Part shown: positions 24,898-34,820 of the stretch, piece by piece | Position numbering within the stretch: position 1 is the first letter of the stretch | How the letters are laid out: each line of letters begins with the position of its first letter | Notes under the pieces: generated by a model | Told to the model about the DNA's origin: nothing | Seen by the model: only the letters and a program-made list of their open reading frames with translations | Databases searched by the model: none | DNA from: Minisyncoccia bacterium | Lineage (GTDB): Bacteria; Patescibacteriota; Minisyncoccia; Phycocordibacterales; Phycocordibacteraceae | Reading direction: 5' to 3' | DNA length: 64,000 nucleotides | NCBI GenBank assembly: GCA_038228545.1 | Contig: JBBRPE010000001.1 | Span: 110,924-174,923, forward strand | Position numbers and translations under genes: made by a program

Positions 24898-26994
24898 TTA
24901 AATATCCAGATTCGCCATCCGCGCGTTCGATTGAATGAACGACTTACGACTAGCAACGTCCGTACCCATGAGTACATCGAAGATGCGGTCCGCCTCCGCG
25001 GCATCATCCACCGTAACGCGCTTCAGTATGCGCTTACTCGGGTCCATGGTGGTCTCCCAGAGCTCGGACGGATTCATCTCTCCAAGACCTTTGTAACGCT
25101 GAATGGTTATCTTTTGCGACTTTGCAGGCTTCCCTTTTGTGTTTGTTTCCGCTTCAGCCGCCGCTTCTTCGGCTTCTACTTCTTCATCGGTCGCATCCGC
25201 TTCATTTACCACAAGGTCTGCGTCTTTGCCGAGAATCTGAGCCTTTTCTTCATCCGTATAGGCATACAGGATTTCCTTACCGCGCTTAATCTTGTAGAGC
25301 GGTGGCTGTGCAATATACACAAACCCTCCATCAATAACCTGACGGAAGTGACGGAAGAAGAGTGTGAGCAGGAGCGTGCGAATATGGGCTCCGTCCACGT
25401 CGGCGTCAGTTGCAATAATCACTTTGTGATAGCGAAGCTTCGTAATATCAAAGATGTCCCCGATAGCAGTACCCATGGCAATAACGAGATTCTTAATCTG
25501 TTCAGACGCAAGCATCTTATCAAGGCGAGCGCGTTCAATATTTAAAATCTTGCCGCGAAGCGGAAGAATGGCCTGCGTACGTCGGTCACGTCCCATTTTC
25601 GATGAGCCACCTGCCGAGTCTCCCTCCACAATGAAAAGTTCGCTCTCAGATGCATCCTTGGTCTGACAGTCAGCCAGCTTACCCGGAAGGGTCATGCCCT
25701 CAAGGGCACCCTTACGGAGCACCGAGTCTTTTGCAGCCTTTGCGGCCTTACGAGCCTTAAGGGCGAGCAGGACTTTATTTACAATTGCCTTGGCGTCGTC
25801 CGGATTCTCTTCAAGGAACGAGGAGAATGCGGTGCCGAAGACTGTCGCGGTTGCACCCTGCGCTTCGGTTGAGCCGAGTTTACCCTTGGTCTGACCTTCG
25901 AACTGAATCTCCGGCATCTTTATAGAAATAACTGCTGTGATACCTTCGAGGACATCATCACCCGTGAAGTTCTCCTCGCTTTCTTTGAGGATACCTGCGG
26001 AACGACCGTAGGAATTGAGCGTACGCGTGAGCGCTGTCTTGAAGCCGGTTACGTGCGTACCTTGTTCCGGATTGTAAATATTATTGGCGAATGCGAGCAG
26101 GCGCGGTGACAAATCATCCGTGTATTGAAGTGCGACTTCGACCGCGACATCATTCTCGCTCGAATCAACGTAGAAAATATTCTTGTGGGCGACCGTCTGG
26201 TGCTTGTTGTAAAACCCAATGAGCGAGCGCAGACCACCTTCAAAGAAGAAGGTCATGGACGGCACCTCAAGGCCGAGGTTGCGTGCGTAGAACTCGTTCT
26301 CAGAGTCCACCATGCCCGCTTCGCGTGCATCGATAACGGTAATACGCGTACCCTTCACGAGGTAGGCCTGCTGACGCAGATGCGAGACAATCTTGTCCCA
26401 ATTCCAAGTGATGCCTTCCTTGAAGATAGTGACGTCCGGCTTGAAAAAGACGATGGAGCCCTGGTGCGACGTCTTTCCAATCGGCTTAACCTTCGCAAGC
26501 GCTTTACCTATCTTGTATTCCTGCATGTGCATGACGCCGTCTTTGTGCACAATGACTTTCGTGTGCTCAGAGAGCGCGTTCACCACAGATGCGCCCACAC
26601 CGTGAAGACCACCCGAGACTTTGTACCCGGAATCTTCCCCGCCGAACTTACCGCCGGCATGCAGCGTGGTCATGATGGTCTCGAGTGCTGAGACTTTGGT
26701 CTTTGGGTGGATACCGACCGGAATACCGCGACCGTTATCCGTGACGCGTACGTAGCCGCCCGGAAGCAACACTACTTCGATATCATCCGCGAACCCACCC
26801 ATCGCTTCGTCGCGAGAGTTATCGAAGATTTCCCAGATGAGATGGTGAAGACCATCGGGTCCGGTAGTACCGATGTACATGCCCGGGCGCTTGCGGACCG
26901 GTTCGAGGCCCTCGAGGACGGTGATGCTAGAGGCATCATATTCGCCGCCTTTTGAGGCAGCTTTTTTCGCTATAGGAGCCACTTTCTTAGCCAT
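24898..26994 (-). CDS. gyrB: DNA gyrase subunit B
   Basis: LEGLEPVRKRPGMYIG, LHAGGKF, VEGDSAGG, PLRGKILN, TDADVDGAHI, QRYKGLGEMN. Confidence 0.95.
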   Translation of the reverse strand: MAKKVAPIAKKAASKGGEYDASSITVLEGLEPVRKRPGMYIGTTGPDGLHHLIWEIFDNSRDEAMGGFADDIEVVLLPGGYVRVTDNGRGIPVGIHPKTKVSALETIMTTLHAGGKFGGEDSGYKVSGGLHGVGASVVNALSEHTKVIVHKDGVMHMQEYKIGKALAKVKPIGKTSHQGSIVFFKPDVTIFKEGITWNWDKIVSHLRQQAYLVKGTRITVIDAREAGMVDSENEFYARNLGLEVPSMTFFFEGGLRSLIGFYNKHQTVAHKNIFYVDSSENDVAVEVALQYTDDLSPRLLAFANNIYNPEQGTHVTGFKTALTRTLNSYGRSAGILKESEENFTGDDVLEGITAVISIKMPEIQFEGQTKGKLGSTEAQGATATVFGTAFSSFLEENPDDAKAIVNKVLLALKARKAAKAAKDSVLRKGALEGMTLPGKLADCQTKDASESELFIVEGDSAGGSSKMGRDRRTQAILPLRGKILNIERARLDKMLASEQIKNLVIAMGTAIGDIFDITKLRYHKVIIATDADVDGAHIRTLLLTLFFRHFRQVIDGGFVYIAQPPLYKIKRGKEILYAYTDEEKAQILGKDADLVVNEADATDEEVEAEEAAAEAETNTKGKPAKSQKITIQRYKGLGEMNPSELWETTMDPSKRILKRVTVDDAAEADRIFDVLMGTDVASRKSFIQSNARMANLDI

Positions 26995-27075
26995 ATTCGT
27001 AGATAGAGTATACCACAATTCAAACCCGTGCGGAGCCGACATTAAGCGACTTTTCTGACGCGCTACAATAGGCCT

Positions 27076-27888
27076 ATGCGTTACCCGCGTTTCCTTCTTG
27101 CAACACTCCTTACCGTGGCCGTTATTGGGGGGTCAATAGTTGCCTACCCAGAAGTAGCGCTTGCAGGTCCTTGCGGCGCCGCCTCTGCTCCTAATCCTCC
27201 TTACTTTATAACCCCCCCTGCCCCCTCAAGTGCGAGTTCTATAAGCATGGTCTCCGTGACCGTTATCCCTGGCCCGTGTAATACCGTGACCTTCACGTTT
27301 GCCCACGCCGCCTGTGGAGTAAATGACGGCACGGGCGGTTCTGACATAAGTCAGTCTTCGACTTCTTACACGGATACCGGAATGCAACCAAATAAATGCT
27401 ACGCATACACCCTTCAAGACATTAACGGCGGCGGGTATACGAGTACGCTCTCGACAGCATCTACAACGTATACTTTCGCGAACACTCCAGGCACTCCTAC
27501 CCTCGGCACGCCAACGGCAACCACGCTCACGCTCACGAACGCCGAGAACAGCAATCCGAGCGCAAGTCCCACCACCAACTTCGCCGTGCAGATAACAGTG
27601 ACGGCAGGAAGCGACGCCACCTGGAATAACAAGTGGGTAGATGGTTCCGGCAATCCATCAGCGTCTGCGGTGTGGCTTTCGGACGCGCAACTCGATAACC
27701 TCGTCATCACCGGGCTTCAAAGCAGTGTGACCTACGCGGCTGCTTCGAAGGCACGGAACACCGACACGGTGGAGACTTCTCTCTCCTCAACAGGAAGCAA
27801 CACAACGAGTGCAGGTGGCGGTGGCGCGACACGCATCATTCGAATTCGTGGCGGAACACGATTCCGTGGTGGAGTACGCTTGAAATAA
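27076..27888 (+). CDS. secreted FN3-like protein with basic C-terminal tag
   Basis: Signal peptide; FN3-like YTDTGMQPNKCYAYTL and ITGLQSSVTY; ends GGGG-ATRIIRIRGGTRFRGGVRLK. Confidence 0.8.
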   Translation: MRYPRFLLATLLTVAVIGGSIVAYPEVALAGPCGAASAPNPPYFITPPAPSSASSISMVSVTVIPGPCNTVTFTFAHAACGVNDGTGGSDISQSSTSYTDTGMQPNKCYAYTLQDINGGGYTSTLSTASTTYTFANTPGTPTLGTPTATTLTLTNAENSNPSASPTTNFAVQITVTAGSDATWNNKWVDGSGNPSASAVWLSDAQLDNLVITGLQSSVTYAAASKARNTDTVETSLSSTGSNTTSAGGGGATRIIRIRGGTRFRGGVRLK

Positions 27889-27891
27889 TAT

Positions 27892-28455
27892 ATGAAACCC
27901 GTCCACATTTTCGGAAGCGTGGTCGCCATCGTACTTCTGGGTGCTGGTATTTGGTTTGCCGTTACACATCCCCTTCCTCATGCTCCCTTCAAGAGGGTGG
28001 CAACCACCCTGCCCTCGGCCGTCACCCCTTCCCTTCCGGAGCGCACGCCACCGACAGGAATGAAGCTCTATCGCAGTACGCTCTACCATTTCTCGTTCTT
28101 CTACCCTGACACGCTTACCGCGACCGAATTCAAAGAAAAAGGCACGGCGCTCACTGTTACCTTTGAGTCCGCTAGCGACCCAAAGCAGAGCTTCCAAATA
28201 TTCATTGTCCCCTACGGCCTCGAGCAGATAACTCCAGAGCGTTTCAAGCAGGACGACCCGTCAGGAGTACTTAACGACCAGCAGCAGATAACACTCGACG
28301 GCAAACAGGCAACCGTCTTCTTTAGCACAAATCCTTCACTTGGTGACACCCGAGAGATATGGTTCATCAATCACGGCTTTCTCTACGAAGTGACGACGTA
28401 CAAAGAACTCGACAGTTGGTTGGCCCAAATAATGGGCACGTGGAAGTTCGAGTAA
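27892..28455 (+). CDS. membrane-anchored PsbP-like protein (paralog of 56768-57355)
   Basis: N-terminal TM; YRSTLYHFSFFYP, FQIFIVPY, LGDTREIWF, LYEVTT, WKF. The PsbP-like fold is an inference from the F-S-F-x-Y-P motif. Confidence 0.8.
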   Translation: MKPVHIFGSVVAIVLLGAGIWFAVTHPLPHAPFKRVATTLPSAVTPSLPERTPPTGMKLYRSTLYHFSFFYPDTLTATEFKEKGTALTVTFESASDPKQSFQIFIVPYGLEQITPERFKQDDPSGVLNDQQQITLDGKQATVFFSTNPSLGDTREIWFINHGFLYEVTTYKELDSWLAQIMGTWKFE

Positions 28456-28456
28456 G

Positions 28457-28804
28457 TTACGCGCGACGCGTAACGACGACACCAGGCACACCATTGTCCC
28501 AGACCTGGGTCTTTTTGATGGTCACTCGTACTTCAAGGGCCGGAGTCTCGGTTAAAATCCGCTCCGCTATGGTGTTCGCGAGCGACTCGATAAGGTAACG
28601 GCTTTCACGCGAGAATGTCTCGTTCACAATCCGCTTTAGTGCATCGTAATCAATAGTATCTATGAGCGAATCAGACTGCCCTGCCCGGAGGAGGTGCGCA
28701 CCAACACGAAGACATACAACGAACTCCTGCTCCTTCGTGCGTTCGTGCTCGTAATGACCGTGTGCGCCCTGCACCAGTAGGCCGTCGACGGTGAGGTAAT
28801 CCAT
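28457..28804 (-). CDS. folB: dihydroneopterin aldolase
   Basis: GAHGHYEHER, SDSLIDTIDY, YLIESLA, VTIKK. Confidence 0.88.
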   Translation of the reverse strand: MDYLTVDGLLVQGAHGHYEHERTKEQEFVVCLRVGAHLLRAGQSDSLIDTIDYDALKRIVNETFSRESRYLIESLANTIAERILTETPALEVRVTIKKTQVWDNGVPGVVVTRRA

Positions 28805-28805
28805 A

Positions 28806-30704
28806 CTAACGAACTTCAAACCCGTCCCTATCGTTTAAGGCCTTCGTTACAGCCTCCATGACGGGAACCAACTCAGTATCGGAAAGCGTCTTGAGAGGAG
28901 ATTCAAATACAAGACGGAAGGCGTAGGATATACGTCCGTCTTTCTCGAACGTATCAAAACTGTCAGAGCGAACGAGCAGACTTCCTGCCGCATCAGTTAT
29001 TAATTTTTCTATCAAGTCTGGTGGTGTTCCGGCCGGCGTCCACACCGCGATGTCACGTAGCGCGAACGGATATAGGGAAAATGGTTCATACGGGCCAAGC
29101 TTCACTTTATTCGGCTCGTACCCTTCACCAAGACGAATAAGCTGTTCAGGCGACACCAAGAACTCGACAACCGATCCTTCAAGGGAGAACCGTGCTGCCC
29201 CCGGCGTCTGGAGCAGTTCTTGCTCAATAGTTGCGGCGTATTCTTTCAATACCGATTCGGACTCTTTTCCATCAACTGCATGCACCGCAAGCACGACCGC
29301 TAGCGTCTCTCCATCGTGTTTAAAAATAGTTCCTGCTTCGAAGAGTTTGACGATGGGTTCAGTACCGAGAGCACGCGGAGCGACGGCGACGGCGCGCGCA
29401 AGCGCTTCTTTCATATTCGGAACCAGTGATGCGCGCAACCAGGGCTTATCCTGCTGTAGCGCATTTGCAAGAGCTATATCGCCGTGCGTACCGAATGCCT
29501 GTAACGACACTTCGCTAAAGCCGCGCTCGGTAAGAAAGTCCTTAATATGCTCTGTGCCACGAAACTGCGTCTGCGAAGGTAACGACGGAAGTCCCGGTAA
29601 TTCCTCACCGGTAATCCGGTCGTATCCCAATATGCGCCCTACTTCTTCCGCTACGTTTTCTGGAATAACGACATCACTTCGTTCAAAGGGTGGCAGTATG
29701 GTGTACACCCCTTCGGCTTCGGTGTAGGTGAAGCCAAGACGGTCGAACACGCCACGAACCTCAGTGTCGCTAAACACTGCGCCGAGAATACCGTTCAGCT
29801 TCTCAAGCGACACTGTAACCGGGACAATTTCAGGAGCTCCGGCATACAGATCGGTTACCCCGACGAGCTCTCCTCCAGCAATTTTTTGTATGCAGGCAAG
29901 AACGTCTCGCATGGCGTAGGCAACAAGCGCTGGCGACGGCCTGTTCTGGAAACGTAAACTTGCATCAGTAAAGAGTTTGAGCGCCTGAGCGGACGTACGC
30001 ACACTCCTGCCGTCAAAGTGTGCCGACTCTATGATAATGTCGGTCGTCGTGTTCGTAATAGCTGCGGCTTTCCCGCCCTTAATACCGGCAATGCCAATAG
30101 GAAGGTCAACGTGTGCGTCCGTAATCAAAAGCGTGCCTTCCGGAAGCTCGTACACTTCATCGGTAAGTGTCGTTATTTTTTCTTCTGGACGAGCGCCACG
30201 TACACCAATCGCGTATGTACCTGCATCATTTGTAAGAAGTTTTGCATCGAAGGCATGCAACGGCTGGCCGATAGTAAGCATGACGTAGTTTGTAGCGTCA
30301 ACGACATTGTTTATGGAACGTTGTCCGACCGACTCCAGGGCCTCCTTGAGCCACGCTGGTGAAGGGCCAATTTGCACACCTTCCACGAGAGCGGCCATGT
30401 AGCGCGAACACATCTCCGGATTTTCTACGGAAACAGTCACCCGGTCTGTCGAGGGAAATTCGGGCACCTCCTCGCGCAGAGGATCCTGCTTCAGAGGAAG
30501 TTCAAGAATTGCAGAAAGCTCGTGGGCCACACCACGATGGGAAAGCATATAAGCCGCGCGGTCAGGTAGTACCTTCACCTCAAGGTAGTCGGGTGTTATC
30601 TCTTCAACTTCAGCAACGTGAAAGGTAAGCGCTTCGGACAGGGCGTTCGAGTCCGGAAGCGGTGAGGCGAAGAAGGTCTGCAGCCAGGCTGGTGATATTT
30701 TCAT
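28806..30704 (-). CDS. pheT: phenylalanyl-tRNA synthetase beta subunit (reduced)
   Basis: PDRAAYMLSHRGVA, INNVVDATNYVM, QPLHAFD, EEVGRILGYD, C-terminal FDX-ACB (RDIAVW...SYAFRLVF). Confidence 0.93.
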   Translation of the reverse strand: MKISPAWLQTFFASPLPDSNALSEALTFHVAEVEEITPDYLEVKVLPDRAAYMLSHRGVAHELSAILELPLKQDPLREEVPEFPSTDRVTVSVENPEMCSRYMAALVEGVQIGPSPAWLKEALESVGQRSINNVVDATNYVMLTIGQPLHAFDAKLLTNDAGTYAIGVRGARPEEKITTLTDEVYELPEGTLLITDAHVDLPIGIAGIKGGKAAAITNTTTDIIIESAHFDGRSVRTSAQALKLFTDASLRFQNRPSPALVAYAMRDVLACIQKIAGGELVGVTDLYAGAPEIVPVTVSLEKLNGILGAVFSDTEVRGVFDRLGFTYTEAEGVYTILPPFERSDVVIPENVAEEVGRILGYDRITGEELPGLPSLPSQTQFRGTEHIKDFLTERGFSEVSLQAFGTHGDIALANALQQDKPWLRASLVPNMKEALARAVAVAPRALGTEPIVKLFEAGTIFKHDGETLAVVLAVHAVDGKESESVLKEYAATIEQELLQTPGAARFSLEGSVVEFLVSPEQLIRLGEGYEPNKVKLGPYEPFSLYPFALRDIAVWTPAGTPPDLIEKLITDAAGSLLVRSDSFDTFEKDGRISYAFRLVFESPLKTLSDTELVPVMEAVTKALNDRDGFEVR

Positions 30705-30705
30705 A

Positions 30706-31440
30706 TTATTCGGTCGTGTACGGAAGTGCGTTCACGAAACGTGTATCGCCGGAATGAAAAAGACGTACATCCGGAATGCCGTACTTAATCATGAGCAGAC
30801 GCTCAATTCCGCCACCAAATGCAAAGCCTTGATACACCTCCGGATCAACCCCTGCATTCCGAAGTACGTCCGGATGCACCATACCCCCTCCCATAACCTC
30901 AAGCCATTTTCCTTTTCCTCCATCACCTTGCGGGAACCACACGTCTATTTCTACCGATGGCTCGGTGAAGGGGAAATAACTCGGACGAAAACGTACTCGA
31001 GCACCTTCTCCCAGATATTCCGCAAAGAATCGGTCGAGCGTCCCTTTTAGGTGTGCGAGTGTGATGCCTTCGCCGACGACTAGTCCTTCGTTCTGATAGA
31101 ACTGCGCTTCGTGCGTGGCATCCGTTGCTTCGTTACGAAACACCTTACCGGGCACGATGATGCGATAGGGTGGAAGAATTCCCTGTTCCATCTGTGCCTT
31201 CATAAAACGAATCTGCACCGGAGACGTATGTGTGCGCAGCACCTTTCCCTCTTTCTGGTCCACCCAGAGCGTGTCCTGCATATCGCGAGCAGGGTGGTCC
31301 ATGGGCACACCAAGCGCAGTAAAGTTATGCCATTCGTCTTCAAGCTCAGGGCCGTATGCAATACCGAATCCCATGCGGCCGAATATGTCCGCGAACTCGC
31401 GTGTGGCCACGCTTATGGGGTGCAGTCGGCCCTCTGACAT
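30706..31440 (-). CDS. pheS: phenylalanyl-tRNA synthetase alpha subunit (catalytic core only)
   Basis: HPARDMQDT, LRTHTSPVQ, YFPFTEPS, GFAFGGGIERL. Confidence 0.95.
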   Translation of the reverse strand: MSEGRLHPISVATREFADIFGRMGFGIAYGPELEDEWHNFTALGVPMDHPARDMQDTLWVDQKEGKVLRTHTSPVQIRFMKAQMEQGILPPYRIIVPGKVFRNEATDATHEAQFYQNEGLVVGEGITLAHLKGTLDRFFAEYLGEGARVRFRPSYFPFTEPSVEIDVWFPQGDGGKGKWLEVMGGGMVHPDVLRNAGVDPEVYQGFAFGGGIERLLMIKYGIPDVRLFHSGDTRFVNALPYTTE

Positions 31441-31525
31441 ATACAGCCCAGTATACACGCGCCTGATGGAAAAAATAGCCTTTATTTGCTAGTATTCAGG
31501 AGTTAGGGCGCTCGAAATACTATCT

Positions 31526-32764
31526 ATGCATCTAGCGGTATTCGCTTATCCGTTCATCTTTACCGGCCTCTATTTTGAGGTGTTCATGCTCCTTACCTTT
31601 CTTTCGGCACCCGCTAAAGAGCGCCGTGCTCGTCCACCAGTAACCGTATACCCCAAAGTGGGTCTTATCGTTCCCTGCTGGAACGAAGAGACGACTATCG
31701 ACGGAACCGTGCAGTCCCTTTTGAATCTGGATTACCCGAAGGACCGGCTTCGCATCATTCTTGTAAACGACGGCTCGACTGACAACACAAAAACTGTCAT
31801 GGATTCCTATACCGGTAATCCGCAGATTACGGTTGTCCATAAGGAGAACGGTGGTAAGCACACCGCAATAAATCTCGGTATAGAAATCGTTAGTGATTGT
31901 GAATTCGTGGGCTGTCTTGATGCGGATTCATTCGTAGCAACGGACGCACTTCGCGAAATGATGTCAGCGTTCGGCGACCCGCAGGTTGGTGCCTCGACAC
32001 CGGCCATGTCCGTCTTCCAGCCGAAGAACATACTCGAACAGATGCAGAATGCTGAATACATTTTCGGTATTGCATTGCGTCACGCCCTTTCTGCAGTCAA
32101 CGGCATCTACGTTACACCCGGACCCTTCTCGGTCTATCGACGCTCCGTTATTGAGAAGATAGGCGGTTTCCGCCACGCACACCAGGCTGAAGACATGGAA
32201 ATGGCGCTCCGTATGCAACGTGCCGGCTACCAAATTGAAAACTCTCCGCGTGCCCGTGTATACACGAAGGTCCCACGTACCGTTGCAAAACTCGTAAAGC
32301 AGCGCACACGTTGGACAACCGGCTTCCTCAGAAACGTCATGAAAGACTACCGCGACATGGTCGGTAACCCGAAGTACGGAGTACTGGGGCTCGTGGTCCT
32401 CCCTCTTGGTTTCGCTGCTGTTATCGGAGGTGTTGCTTTGTTTGCACTTGCGATTGGACAGCTTGGTAGCGAGATATACCACGCGGTCGCTGTGACCTCG
32501 GGTGTACCGTTCTGGTATATCATTACGCCACGATTCTCGCTCGAGTGGTTTTATGCGCCAGTTACCTTTGTGACCGTCATTAGTATTGTCGTGCTGTGTA
32601 TTTCTACGTCGTTCATTGTCATCGGTAGGAATGTATCAAAGACGAAGACAACTCTTACGGTCAGTATTTTGGGTTACGCCTTCCTCTATGGCTTCATAGC
32701 TCCGTTTTGGCTACTACGAGCACTTGCAGACGTTGCCACGGGCACGCGCCGCGCATGGAGGTAA
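31526..32764 (+). CDS. processive GT2 family glycosyltransferase
   Basis: DGSTD, DAD, ED and QRTRW motifs plus TM helices. Confidence 0.9.
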   Translation: MHLAVFAYPFIFTGLYFEVFMLLTFLSAPAKERRARPPVTVYPKVGLIVPCWNEETTIDGTVQSLLNLDYPKDRLRIILVNDGSTDNTKTVMDSYTGNPQITVVHKENGGKHTAINLGIEIVSDCEFVGCLDADSFVATDALREMMSAFGDPQVGASTPAMSVFQPKNILEQMQNAEYIFGIALRHALSAVNGIYVTPGPFSVYRRSVIEKIGGFRHAHQAEDMEMALRMQRAGYQIENSPRARVYTKVPRTVAKLVKQRTRWTTGFLRNVMKDYRDMVGNPKYGVLGLVVLPLGFAAVIGGVALFALAIGQLGSEIYHAVAVTSGVPFWYIITPRFSLEWFYAPVTFVTVISIVVLCISTSFIVIGRNVSKTKTTLTVSILGYAFLYGFIAPFWLLRALADVATGTRRAWR

Positions 32765-32786
32765 TCTCTGCTACTATACGAAAATC

Positions 32787-33470
32787 ATGCCTCTACCCCT
32801 TCGCAACGCTCTCATAGCCCTCGGTATCACGGCCGTCATTATTGGTACGGTTATCTACGCCATAAACTATCTCGATCGCCAACGTCTAGCGGAACTAACC
32901 GGTATCCAGACCCAGCTTGCTACCGATACCCTCAACCTCGAGACGCAGTACGCGCTTCTTGAAAATGCGCCATGCGAAGACATAACGGGTGGCAATGAGC
33001 TTTCTCAGGAAGTAAGTTCACTTGGCGACCGGCTTGCGGGTGCCGAAGAGCGCCTTGGCAACAAGAACGCACAGGTTATCGACCTGAAGAAGCAGTACAC
33101 CCTTTTACAGATTCGCGATTATCTTCTCACGCAGCAGCTTTCAAAGACGTGCCATCTCACACCGACGGTTGCGTTATATTTTTACTCAAACACTCCGGGT
33201 ACCTGCGAGAATTGTGACCGTGCCGGTTACGCGCTTTCCTATCTTCGTCAGACCTATCCTGCACTTCGAGTGTACTCATTTGATTACGATCTCGAACTTG
33301 GTGCTCTAAAGACGCTGATTGCCGTTGAGAAAATCCAGCCGCAGTTCCCTGCCTTCATCATAAACGGGAAGAAGAATTACGGCTTTACGTCGCTCAATGA
33401 CTTCGAAAAGCTTTTCCCCAAGACTCTTTTTGCTACGTCTACGGCGACCTCGACTACAACGAAAAAATAA
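32787..33470 (+). CDS. membrane-anchored protein with coiled coil and thioredoxin-like CxxC domain
   Basis: N-terminal TM; YFYS...CENC; FPAFIING. Confidence 0.7.
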   Translation: MPLPLRNALIALGITAVIIGTVIYAINYLDRQRLAELTGIQTQLATDTLNLETQYALLENAPCEDITGGNELSQEVSSLGDRLAGAEERLGNKNAQVIDLKKQYTLLQIRDYLLTQQLSKTCHLTPTVALYFYSNTPGTCENCDRAGYALSYLRQTYPALRVYSFDYDLELGALKTLIAVEKIQPQFPAFIINGKKNYGFTSLNDFEKLFPKTLFATSTATSTTTKK

Positions 33471-33515
33471 GTTAGGTTAGTACAAACGTGCTGTCAGGAA
33501 AAGACAGTCCCATAT

Positions 33516-33591
33516 GCCGCCTTAGCTCAGTTGGTAGAGCAACACTTTTGTAAAGTGAAGGTCCCCAGTTCGAGCCTGGGAGGCGGCTCCA
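33516..33591 (+). tRNA. tRNA-Thr(TGT)
   Basis: GCCGCCT/AGGCGGC acceptor stem, D arm AGCTCAGTTGGTAGAGC, anticodon loop TT-TGT-AA, GTTCGAG T loop, encoded CCA. Confidence 0.96.
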
Positions 33592-33593
33592 AT

Positions 33594-33631
33594 AAACGTA
33601 CAAGCGCTCCTCACGGAGCGCTTGTACGTTT
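33594..33631. terminator. bidirectional terminator
   Basis: AAACGTACAAGCGCTCC-TCAC-GGAGCGCTTGTACGTTT. Confidence 0.75.
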
Positions 33632-34040
33632 ATGTGGCATCGGGACCCGGTGTGCCCTTCCGAAGGGTTTTACGGAAACGAACGATGGTCGCTATAAGGG
33701 GAGAGCCTTCGGGCTCAGGGGCCGTGTCTCCACGCTCGGCAACTCGTTCACGAAGCGTACGGATAATACGCGTGAGAGCGCGTTCTGAGGCACGCACAGC
33801 GAGTAGAGTGGTATGTACAGCGTCATGAGCAACACGCTCACTAGTCGTTTTAACCATATGAGCAAAAAAAGCCGTCCAGTCTATGTGGCGAGCCACATAG
33901 ACTGCCCGAGCAACCTGTTTATCGAGGCGAGCGCGTGTACCGGAGAACAACCGTACTCCTTGCTTTGTCTCGAACCAGGAAAGGAATACGAAAGCCACCA
34001 GCAGAAAAAAAGTAATACAGATGGCAATAAGGTAGCTCAT
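33630..34040 (-). CDS. hypothetical membrane-anchored protein
   Basis: N-terminal hydrophobic helix then a basic helical region; fills the gap downstream of tsf. Confidence 0.7.
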   Translation of the reverse strand: MSYLIAICITFFLLVAFVFLSWFETKQGVRLFSGTRARLDKQVARAVYVARHIDWTAFFAHMVKTTSERVAHDAVHTTLLAVRASERALTRIIRTLRERVAERGDTAPEPEGSPLIATIVRFRKTLRKGTPGPDAT

Positions 34041-34080
34041 AGGGTGTGCTGGTACACACGAGGGAACGCGTATGATTGCG

Positions 34081-34665
34081 TTATCCGCGGGCGGAGAAGC
34101 GGGAGAATTTAGATACTTCAATCCTCTCTCCAAACTTCTGAGAGGCCTCATCAATAAGCTGCTTCATGGTCTTGCTCTCGTCTTTGATGTAGGGCTGGTT
34201 CAAAAGAACGGTATCGCGGAAATAGCTATCCATCTTGCCGGCAAGAATCTTCTCCTGCATCTCGGCAGGCTTGTCCTTCACTTCTTCTTTAAATACGGCC
34301 ATAGCAGCGTCCTTTGCTTCGGGAGCGATTTCCGCATCCGTAAGATACTGCGGATTGGTTGCCGCCACCTGCATAGCAACCTCGCGTGCAAGTGTTTCAA
34401 AGTCAGGATTCTTCGACACGAAGTCAGTCTCAGACGAAAGAAGTACCATCGCGCCAATAGCCTTATCGTGGAGGTACATACCGACAGCACCCGCACCTAT
34501 TTCTCGGTCTGATTTCTTGTCTGCCGCTTCCGAGCTTCGCTTGCGCAAAATAACCTCTGCCTTCTCGATGTCGCCGTCTGCTTCCTCAAGTGCTTTCTTG
34601 CACTGCATTACTGAGAGGCCGGTTGCCTCACGAAGTTGCTTAACGATGTCTATTGAAATTTCCAT
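34081..34665 (-). CDS. tsf: elongation factor Ts (short form)
   Basis: VKQLREATGLSVMQCKKAL, ETDFV, LLNQPYIKD. Confidence 0.95.
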   Translation of the reverse strand: MEISIDIVKQLREATGLSVMQCKKALEEADGDIEKAEVILRKRSSEAADKKSDREIGAGAVGMYLHDKAIGAMVLLSSETDFVSKNPDFETLAREVAMQVAATNPQYLTDAEIAPEAKDAAMAVFKEEVKDKPAEMQEKILAGKMDSYFRDTVLLNQPYIKDESKTMKQLIDEASQKFGERIEVSKFSRFSARG

Positions 34666-34711
34666 GGTGTGTATGTTTATTGTACTAAGTCTGTTCCTTC
34701 GTCTCCAGAGT

Positions 34712-34820
34712 GCGTTCAAAAGTTTCGGATACGAGGCGCGGGAGTGAGTTTTCTGGAGCGTACTAGCACGACGAAAGAAAACGAATGAACCGTAACGCGG
34801 TAGCTGGGACTTTTGAGTGC
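34712..34820 (-). repeat. structured repeat, family C copy 1
   Basis: Hairpin starting right after the rpsB TAA; homologous to 36577-36682. Confidence 0.75.

Noticed and set aside
33516-33640. tRNA-Thr as an integration site
   Set aside because: No duplicated tRNA 3' end or integrase was seen in the window.
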